A stretch of DNA of 17,784 bases from Candidatus Fraserbacteria bacterium. GTDB taxonomy: Bacteria; Bipolaricaulota; Bipolaricaulia; RBG-16-55-9; JANLFV01. A model generated the notes under the pieces. That model saw only the letters and a list, made by a program, of their open reading frames with translations. It did not search any database and had not been told where the DNA came from. Below, piece by piece: positions 8,329-14,919 of this stretch. The translations under genes and the position numbers were made by a program. The stretch's first letter is position 1; each line of letters begins with the position of its first letter. The DNA is taken from NCBI GenBank assembly GCA_037446135.1, contig JBBIJD010000004.1:1-17784 (forward strand), in the 5' to 3' direction.

Positions 8329-10087
8329 CGACCTTAGCTGCTTCTCGCATCTTCCGGCGCAGTTCCTCGGTAGCCTTCAGATCGACCTTCAGCTCATTCC
8401 CCGCGATGACGACCCCGTAGTCCTCTTTGGCCTTGGCGAGCGAGACATAGCCATTCCGGACATCTTCGAGGACCAGTTGGGGATCGCGCTCTAGCGGTGA
8501 GCCGTAGCCGCCTCCCCCGCCGGTCTGGAAGCTCACCACCTCATCCGGCTCGAGCGGGAGGTTGGAGACCTTCCGCCAGCGCTCTTCTTGTCCGTCCTTC
8601 CGGAAGACGACGGTGATGTTCGGCTTCCCATCTTTTCCACCGAAGAGGCCCCACGGAGGGGTATACTTCACCCGGTCGGTCGTGACCGTCAGCCCGGCGC
8701 GATGGCCGATGATCCGATAATCTCGGCGGACTCCCAGGCCGCCACGGAACTTCCCCGGCCCGCCGGAGTCCAGGATGAGCTCGAACCGCTCCACGCGCCA
8801 AGGGTAGCGGACCTCGGCCACCTCGGCCGGGACATTGTAGGTATCACCGAGGTCCATGGAGAAGAGGGCCGATTCGCCGTCCTCGAAGGGCTTCCCGCCG
8901 TAGCCACCCCCATCCGGCTCGGCACAGACATAGTATCGCCCGTTCCTAGGGTCGACCCCGTAGATGAAGTCGGCCATGGAGTCCCCGAAGTGGCCCGCTC
9001 GCACCCGATCGGGGATCGCCGGGGCGAGGGCCTTGAGGATCAGGTCGGGGATGGTGGTCGTCGGGGCCGGCCACATCGCCGTCGCCGCGGGGAAGCGCGG
9101 CTTGAGCAGGCTCCCCTCGGGGATGATGATCTTCAAGGGACGGAAGAAGCCCTCGTTGTTCGGGAGGTCGGGGGTGGTGACGACCTTGAAGCCATACCGA
9201 GCGGAAGAAATAGTTGAAGGCTCGGGGACATTCATCGGGCCGCGGCATTGCGGCGCGGTCCCCGTGAAGTCGATGGTCATCGTCTCGTCCTCGACGGTGA
9301 TCGTGACCTTGAGCCGGAGCTTCTCATCGAGCGGGGCATCGTCGTTCCCATCGCCGTCGAGGAAAGCCTCTGCAGTGTAGACCCCGTTTGGGATCCGACG
9401 GATGGCCGCCCGGGAGAGCCGCTCCCCCTGGTCGAGGATCTCCTGGAAGGCGGAGAGCGTGACCTCCAGGCCATACCGCTCGATAATCTCGATGAGCCGC
9501 TTGCTTCCCGTCCGGACCGCGGCGATCATCGCCCGGATGTCCCCCAGCACGGCGTCGGGGACACGAGTGTTGGCCCGGATCAGCCGGAGGACATCCTCAT
9601 TCGGCTTCCCTTCGACCATCAGCTTGACCGGCGGGAGACGGAAGCCCTCCTGGAAGATCTCGGTCGTATTGCTATACCACCCTCCGGGGTAAATCCCGCC
9701 CATGTCGACGGTATGGCCGCGGAAGGCGGCCCAGCCGCGGATCTCGCCCTCATAGAAGGCGGGGCAGAGGACGACGATGTCCGGGCAGTGGGTCCCACCA
9801 CCGTTGTAGGGGTCATTGCAGATGATGACATCATCCGGCTTGAGGTTCGCCCGCCCGATCGTCTTGTAAGTGGCCGTAACTGCGTCAGAGAGGTTGGCCA
9901 GGAAGATCGGGAGGCCGGGGGTCTCGGCGATCAAGTTCGCTTCGCTATCCAATACGCCGCAACTGAAGTCGACGACCTCATAGAGGACCGGGCTGTAGGC
10001 CGCCCGCTCCACCGTCCTCCGGATATCACGGCTAGCGGCGATCAGGCGGTTGCGGATCACCTCAAGGGTTATCGGGTCTACTTTCAT
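8312..10087 (-). CDS. Hydantoinase B/oxoprolinase-family subunit (HyuB-like, metal-binding hydrolytic subunit), 591 aa
   Basis: DPITLEVI, SPVLYEVVDFSC, NDPYNGGGTHCPD, GHTVDMGG, EIFQEG, DSGGPGKFRGGLG, TGGGGGYGSPLERDP. SD AAGGAGGAGG. Confidence 0.93.
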   Translation of the reverse strand: MKVDPITLEVIRNRLIAASRDIRRTVERAAYSPVLYEVVDFSCGVLDSEANLIAETPGLPIFLANLSDAVTATYKTIGRANLKPDDVIICNDPYNGGGTHCPDIVVLCPAFYEGEIRGWAAFRGHTVDMGGIYPGGWYSNTTEIFQEGFRLPPVKLMVEGKPNEDVLRLIRANTRVPDAVLGDIRAMIAAVRTGSKRLIEIIERYGLEVTLSAFQEILDQGERLSRAAIRRIPNGVYTAEAFLDGDGNDDAPLDEKLRLKVTITVEDETMTIDFTGTAPQCRGPMNVPEPSTISSARYGFKVVTTPDLPNNEGFFRPLKIIIPEGSLLKPRFPAATAMWPAPTTTIPDLILKALAPAIPDRVRAGHFGDSMADFIYGVDPRNGRYYVCAEPDGGGYGGKPFEDGESALFSMDLGDTYNVPAEVAEVRYPWRVERFELILDSGGPGKFRGGLGVRRDYRIIGHRAGLTVTTDRVKYTPPWGLFGGKDGKPNITVVFRKDGQEERWRKVSNLPLEPDEVVSFQTGGGGGYGSPLERDPQLVLEDVRNGYVSLAKAKEDYGVVIAGNELKVDLKATEELRRKMREAAKVGEDAR

Positions 10088-10096
10088 GCCTCCTCC

Positions 10097-12136
10097 TTAT
10101 CCCAATCCCAGGCTGATGATGAGGTTCCCATACCGGTCCACGGAGCAGTGCTGGCCCTCCTCGACGACGGTGGTAGCCGTCGGCTCCTCGATGATCGCCG
10201 GGCCGAGGATCGCGTTCCCCGCCAGGAGCCGATCTCGTCTGTAGATGCTGAATTTCTCATACCGCCCATCGCCACGGTAGACCTCTCTCTCCCCCAGCTT
10301 GGCCTCAGCCGGCGGGGTCTTCCGCCCGCGGGGGATCGTCTGGAGCGTGGGCTTCTTGACCTTCCCGAGCCCGATGACCTTGAGGGAGACGATCTCCTTC
10401 GGCTCCTCCGGGGCATTGTGGCCGTAGACCCGGAGATGGAGCTCATCGAAGCTCTGGGCCAGTCGCCGCTTGTCCGCGGCGGTCAGTTTGGCCGGGGCCG
10501 GGACATCGAGGGTGTGCTCCTGGCCGTAATAGCGCAGGCCGAGCGCGTAACTTAGCACCACATTCTCCTCAGTAATGTTCTCTCGGGTGAAGAGCTCCCT
10601 GATCTGGCCCTCCAACTCCCGGAAGAGCCGGTTCACCTCCGCTAGGTCGGCCTCCTCCATGAGCTTGATATAAGTCCTGGTGAAGTCATGCCGCAGGTCG
10701 GCCATGAGCATCCCCCAGGCGGAGAAGACCCCGGGGAATGGAGGGACGATCACCGTCGGGATATTGAGCTCTTTCGCGATCGCGGCGGCATGGATCGGCC
10801 CGGCGCCGCCGAAGGCGACCAGGGCGAAGTCCCGCGGATCATAGCCACGCTTGACGGTCATCGATTGGAGGAGGCCGGACATGTTAGTATTGACGATCTT
10901 GATGATCCCCAGCGCCGCCTCATCGGTGCTGAGTTTGAAGTAGTCCGCGACCTTAGCGATCGCCTTCCGGGCAAGCTCGGGGGAGATCGCCATCTCCCCG
11001 CCGAGGAAGTAATCCGGATTGAGGATCCCCAGCTGGAGGTTGGCATCGGTCACCGTCGGCTCGGTCCCGCCGCGCATGTAGCAGGCCGGGCCGGGATCGG
11101 CCCCGGCGCTCTGGGGCCCGACATGGAGGGCCCCGGCCTCATCGATCCAGGCGATGCTCCCACCCCCGGCCCCGATCTCCCGGAGGTCCACGACAGGGAG
11201 GAGGATCGGCCGCCCCTCGACCAGGTATTGGTCCGTCGTCTCCGGGAGGCCGCCCTTGATGATCGAGGTCTTGGCGGTCGTCCCCCCCATATCGTAGGAG
11301 ATGACATTCTCATAGCCGATGAGGCTGGCCAGTTGGGCCGCCCCGAGTGCCCCGGCCGCTGGACCGGACTCGACCATCGCGATCGGGATCTCTCGGGCCA
11401 CGGTCGAGGTCATGACCCCGCCGTTGGACTGCATGATCTGCAGGTCGCTCTCAAAGCGGCGCCCGCTGAGCTCCTCCTCCAAGCTCCGCAGATAACGCTG
11501 CACCACCGGCATGACATAGGCGTTCTGGACGGTTGTGCTCGTTCGCTCATACTCATAGAACCGCCTGGTGATCTTGTGCGAGAGGGAGATAGCCACTTCC
11601 GGCCAGCGCTCACGGAGGAGTCGCCCGATCTCCTCCTCATGGGCCGGGTTGGCATAGGCATTGAGGAGGCAGACGGCGATCGACTCGACCCCTTCGCGCT
11701 TCAAATAATCAATGAGCGAGTCGAGCCCGGTCATATCCAGCGGGACCAAGACCGCGCCATCGGCCCCGATTCGCTCCTTGACCTCGAGCCGGAGATACCG
11801 CGGGACAAGTGGCCGTGGCTTCCGATAGAGGGCGTTATACATCTCGGTCCGATTGCTCCGCCCGATCTCTAGGACATCTCTAAAGCCGGAGGTGGTGATC
11901 AGGGCCGTCTTGGCCCCTTTCCCCTCGATCAGGGCATTGATCACCACGGTCGTGCCATGGACCAAGAAGGAGACCTCCCCAAGCGGGACATTGAAGCGCT
12001 CAATGCTCTGGATCGTCCCGATCGCGGGGTTCCCCGGGGTAGTGGAGACCTTGTTGACCGCGATCTGACCGGTCTCCTCGTCGAGTAGGACTCCGTCGGT
12101 GAAAGTTCCACCGACATCCGTGCTTAATCTATACAT
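10097..12136 (-). CDS. Hydantoinase A/oxoprolinase-family subunit (HyuA-like, ATP-binding subunit), ~679 aa
   Basis: TDVGGTFTD, HGTTVVINAL, EYERTSTT, ESGPAAG, DMGGTTAK, IGAGGGSIA, VGPQSAGADPGPACY, PTVTDAN, FGGAGP. ATG 12136 lies after SD GGGGAGGT. Confidence 0.94.
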   Translation of the reverse strand: MYRLSTDVGGTFTDGVLLDEETGQIAVNKVSTTPGNPAIGTIQSIERFNVPLGEVSFLVHGTTVVINALIEGKGAKTALITTSGFRDVLEIGRSNRTEMYNALYRKPRPLVPRYLRLEVKERIGADGAVLVPLDMTGLDSLIDYLKREGVESIAVCLLNAYANPAHEEEIGRLLRERWPEVAISLSHKITRRFYEYERTSTTVQNAYVMPVVQRYLRSLEEELSGRRFESDLQIMQSNGGVMTSTVAREIPIAMVESGPAAGALGAAQLASLIGYENVISYDMGGTTAKTSIIKGGLPETTDQYLVEGRPILLPVVDLREIGAGGGSIAWIDEAGALHVGPQSAGADPGPACYMRGGTEPTVTDANLQLGILNPDYFLGGEMAISPELARKAIAKVADYFKLSTDEAALGIIKIVNTNMSGLLQSMTVKRGYDPRDFALVAFGGAGPIHAAAIAKELNIPTVIVPPFPGVFSAWGMLMADLRHDFTRTYIKLMEEADLAEVNRLFRELEGQIRELFTRENITEENVVLSYALGLRYYGQEHTLDVPAPAKLTAADKRRLAQSFDELHLRVYGHNAPEEPKEIVSLKVIGLGKVKKPTLQTIPRGRKTPPAEAKLGEREVYRGDGRYEKFSIYRRDRLLAGNAILGPAIIEEPTATTVVEEGQHCSVDRYGNLIISLGLG

Positions 12137-12169
12137 TAACACCTCCCCTGCTTTACCGCTCCGATCCTT

Positions 12170-12754
12170 CTATTCCTTGCCCTTGAAGCTCTCCTTTCGC
12201 ACTTCACTATGCCACTCGATGAACTTCTGTGTCGTAGCTATCAAGACCCTTGCCCCCTCCGCCCCGGTCTCGTAGCCATGGGGCTTGGTCGCTAGGAAAT
12301 GGTAGCTATCCCCGGGGCCGAGAGGATACCGCTCATCCTCGATCTGGAGGACCAAGTGCCCTTCCAGGACATAGCCGAACTCCTCCCCATCATGGGGGGC
12401 CAGGGGATGGTGGTAGTTCGGGGGGAACTCGTTGATTAAGACTTCGATGACCCGCTCGGGGAAGGCTCCGCTCAGATAACGATAGGAGACGGCCGAGTTG
12501 GCGATCTGGATCTGCAACTGCTCATCAGCCTTCGTGACCGTCGAGGGGGCGTGACTCTCCTCAGCCAAGATGCGGGTGACTGGGATCTCCAGGGCCTTAC
12601 AGATGGAATAAAGGGAGACGATCGAGGGGGAAGAGATCCCCCGCTCCACTTGGGAGATAAAGCTGACGGATAGCCCAGTCCGAGCCGCGAGCTCCTCCAG
12701 TGTCAGACCCTTCTGTTGGCGAGCCGCGCGTATTCGCTCCCCGATCTCCTTCAC
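12170..12754 (-). CDS. XRE-family HTH transcriptional regulator with C-terminal cupin sensor domain (PuuR/SutR-like architecture), 194 aa
   Basis: IGERIRAARQQKGLTLEELAARTGLSVSFISQVERGISSPS (HTH_3). Cupin motifs HDGEEFGYVLEG and GDSYHF....PHGY. GTG start. Confidence 0.92.
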   Translation of the reverse strand: MKEIGERIRAARQQKGLTLEELAARTGLSVSFISQVERGISSPSIVSLYSICKALEIPVTRILAEESHAPSTVTKADEQLQIQIANSAVSYRYLSGAFPERVIEVLINEFPPNYHHPLAPHDGEEFGYVLEGHLVLQIEDERYPLGPGDSYHFLATKPHGYETGAEGARVLIATTQKFIEWHSEVRKESFKGKE

Positions 12755-12765
12755 TGCAAATTTAC

Positions 12766-12794
12766 AGCATAGCAGAAATCATTTCACCAGTCAA
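12766..12794 (-). promoter_or_regulatory. Sigma70-type promoter of the XRE/hydantoinase/ABC operon
   Basis: Minus strand: TTGACT (12794-12789), 17 bp, TATGCT (12771-12766) with extended -10 TGn. 11 nt to the GTG start, with no SD. Confidence 0.78.
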
Positions 12795-12807
12795 GGGGCC
12801 AGGGGGC

Positions 12808-12836
12808 TTGCGCCATGCCCTGCTTATTCATATACT
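12808..12836 (+). promoter_or_regulatory. Sigma70-type promoter of the folB-folK-RNase operon (divergent)
   Basis: TTGCGC (12808-12813), 17 bp, TATACT (12831-12836). Confidence 0.65.
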
Positions 12837-12860
12837 GAGAATGAGGTTGTCAAGAGGCTG

Positions 12861-13217
12861 ATGACGAAGCTCGTCATTCAGGGGCTGGAGCTCCGCGGGC
12901 GGCACGGTGTGAGCGCTGAGGAGCGGGAGCAAGTTCAGCCTTTTGCCATTGATCTCGAGTTGGAGGGGGATCTCGGCTCCGCGGATGAGCTGGAAGCGAC
13001 AGTGGATTATATTGAGGTGATCGAGAAGGTCAAGGAGATTAACGAGAGAAGCTTTAAGCTCATCGAGGCCTTCGCCCGGGCCGTAGCCGAGGCGATCCTG
13101 GAGTGTTTCCCTAGGGTCGAGCGGGTAGCAGTCCGGGTGAGGAAGCTCCGCCCGCCGCTCCCGCCGGGGACGCGGGTCGGCTGGCTCGCGGCTGAGGTGG
13201 TGATGGAGCGGCAATGA
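12861..13217 (+). CDS. folB: Dihydroneopterin aldolase, 118 aa
   Basis: GRHGVSAEERE..QPFAIDLE, ATVDY, FKLIE, VRVRKL.PP. Adjacent to folK. Confidence 0.92.
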   Translation: MTKLVIQGLELRGRHGVSAEEREQVQPFAIDLELEGDLGSADELEATVDYIEVIEKVKEINERSFKLIEAFARAVAEAILECFPRVERVAVRVRKLRPPLPPGTRVGWLAAEVVMERQ

Positions 13218-13711
13218 GGGCCTATATCGGGCTCGGCTCCAATCTGGGCCGAAGAGAGGAGAACCTCGTCCGGGCGATCTCCCTCCTCAGCTCCTCGCCG
13301 GGGATCAGGGTCCTGCGGCGGGCCTCGCTCTATGAGACCGAGCCAGTAGGAGTGGAGGACCAGCCCTGGTTCCTCAACACCGTCGTCGAGGTCGAGACCT
13401 CGCTCTCTCCTCGAGGGCTCCTTTGTCGGCTCAAGGAGATCGAGCGGGAGTTGGGCCGGGAAGAGCGGGGCCGCTGGGGGCCACGGGAGATCGACCTCGA
13501 TCTCCTCCTCTACGGCGACCTGATCATAGAGGAGGATGGTCTGATCCTCCCTCACCCGGAGCTCCACCGCCGGAGGTTTGTCCTCGAGCCGCTCGGCGAG
13601 CTCGCTCCCGAGCTGGTCCATCCCCGCCTAAAGAGGCCTCTACGGGACCTCCTCGCCGACCTCGATGAGCGGAAGAAGGTGATCCGTTTGGGTTGGAGAA
13701 AGTCATCTTGA
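13214..13711 (+). CDS. folK: 2-amino-4-hydroxy-6-hydroxymethyldihydropteridine pyrophosphokinase (HPPK), 165 aa
   Basis: AYIGLGSNLG, YETEPVG, QPWFLN, RWGPREIDLDLL, LPHP..H.R.FVLEPL. ATGA overlap with folB. Confidence 0.95.
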   Translation: MRAYIGLGSNLGRREENLVRAISLLSSSPGIRVLRRASLYETEPVGVEDQPWFLNTVVEVETSLSPRGLLCRLKEIERELGREERGRWGPREIDLDLLLYGDLIIEEDGLILPHPELHRRRFVLEPLGELAPELVHPRLKRPLRDLLADLDERKKVIRLGWRKSS

Positions 13712-14913
13712 TCAACGCCGCCCACCAGGAGACAAGGGTGGCACTCCTGGAGGACGGCCAGCTGATGGAGATCTACTATGAGGGCCCGAGCCATGAGCGG
13801 ATGGTGGGGAACATCTACCTCGGGATCGTCAAGGATATTTTAAGCGGGCTCGGCTCGGCCTTCGTCGATGTCGGACTGGAGCAGAACCTCTTCCTCTCCC
13901 AGAAGGAGCTGAACGATGCCCTCCTCCAGAGCCAGGGCTATCGCCGGCACCAGGATGCCCCGATCCAGCGGGTCCTCCGCCCTGGGCAGAAGCTGATCGT
14001 CCAGGTCAAACGGGAAGGGATCGGAGGGAAGAACCCCCAGGGGACGACCAGGATCGCCCTCCCCGGGCGGTTCTGGGTCTTCCTCCCTAAGGATGGCCGG
14101 CTAGGGGTCTCGCGCCGGATCGAGGAGCGGCGGGAGATCCGTCGCCTGAAGCGGATCGCCCAGGAACTGAAGCGCCCCTCGGAGGGGCTGATCGCCCGAA
14201 CCGCCTCGCGGGGAGCCGAGCGGCGGGACCTCGAGCGGGACTTCAACTTCCTCCTCGGGACCTGGAAGGGGATTGAAGAGGAGGCCGAGCGCTCCTCGCG
14301 CCCCAAGCTCCTTTACGAGGGTCCCAACCTGGTGAAGCGGATCATCCGCGACCGGCTCCTCAAGGATGTCTCTCGGGTGATCGTCGACTCCGAACCAGTC
14401 TATCAGGAGATCCTGAGCTATCTCGACTACATGTGGATGGGGGAATACAAGGACACGATCGAGCTCTACCGCGATGACCACCCGCTCTTCGATCGCTGGG
14501 ATGTCGAGCGGCAGCTCCGCGAGAGCCTCCAGAGCGAGGTGAAGCTCGAGGCCGGTGGGACCCTGGTGATCGCGGAGACCGAGGCCCTGACCGCGATCGA
14601 TGTCAACACCCGCGGGGATGTCCACCACCGGAACCAAGAGGCGGCGATCCTCAATACCAACCTGGAAGCGGCCGTAGAGATCCCCCGCCAGCTTCGCCTC
14701 CGGAAGATCAGCGGGATCATCATCGTCGACTTCGTCGATATGAAGAGCCGGGAGGCGATCAACCAGGTGATCGAGCGGCTCCGGCAGGAACTGAAGAAGG
14801 ACCCGGTCCCGACCGATTTTATCGATATCACTGGGCTCGGGCTGGTCGAGATCACCAGAAAGCGGGAGGAGAAGAGTCTGACCGCGGCCCTAGAGGAAGA
14901 AGAGGAGGCCTAG
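13693..14913 (+). CDS. Ribonuclease E/G-family endoribonuclease (short, catalytic large domain only), 406 aa
   Basis: ETRVALLEDG, S1 domain GNIYLG.V....AFVDVG, LIVQV, 5'-sensor IART, catalytic AIDVNT and IIVDFVDM, TNLEAA, GLVEITRKR. TTG start overlapping folK. Confidence 0.9.
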   Translation: MEKVILINAAHQETRVALLEDGQLMEIYYEGPSHERMVGNIYLGIVKDILSGLGSAFVDVGLEQNLFLSQKELNDALLQSQGYRRHQDAPIQRVLRPGQKLIVQVKREGIGGKNPQGTTRIALPGRFWVFLPKDGRLGVSRRIEERREIRRLKRIAQELKRPSEGLIARTASRGAERRDLERDFNFLLGTWKGIEEEAERSSRPKLLYEGPNLVKRIIRDRLLKDVSRVIVDSEPVYQEILSYLDYMWMGEYKDTIELYRDDHPLFDRWDVERQLRESLQSEVKLEAGGTLVIAETEALTAIDVNTRGDVHHRNQEAAILNTNLEAAVEIPRQLRLRKISGIIIVDFVDMKSREAINQVIERLRQELKKDPVPTDFIDITGLGLVEITRKREEKSLTAALEEEEEA

Positions 14914-14919
14914 CTCAAC

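Noticed and set aside
9248..11872. Long plus-strand ORFs 9248-10555 (435 aa) and 10688-11872 (394 aa)
   Set aside because: Antisense shadows of the hydantoinase genes, expected in high-GC coding DNA. No recognisable motifs.
12848..12853. Perfect TTGACA on the minus strand
   Set aside because: No acceptable -10 hexamer at 16-18 bp spacing.
12841..12861. Six-codon uORF (MRLSRG) whose TGA overlaps the folB ATG
   Set aside because: Its ATG is only 4 nt after the -10 box, probably upstream of the TSS, and folB has its own AAGAGG SD-like sequence.
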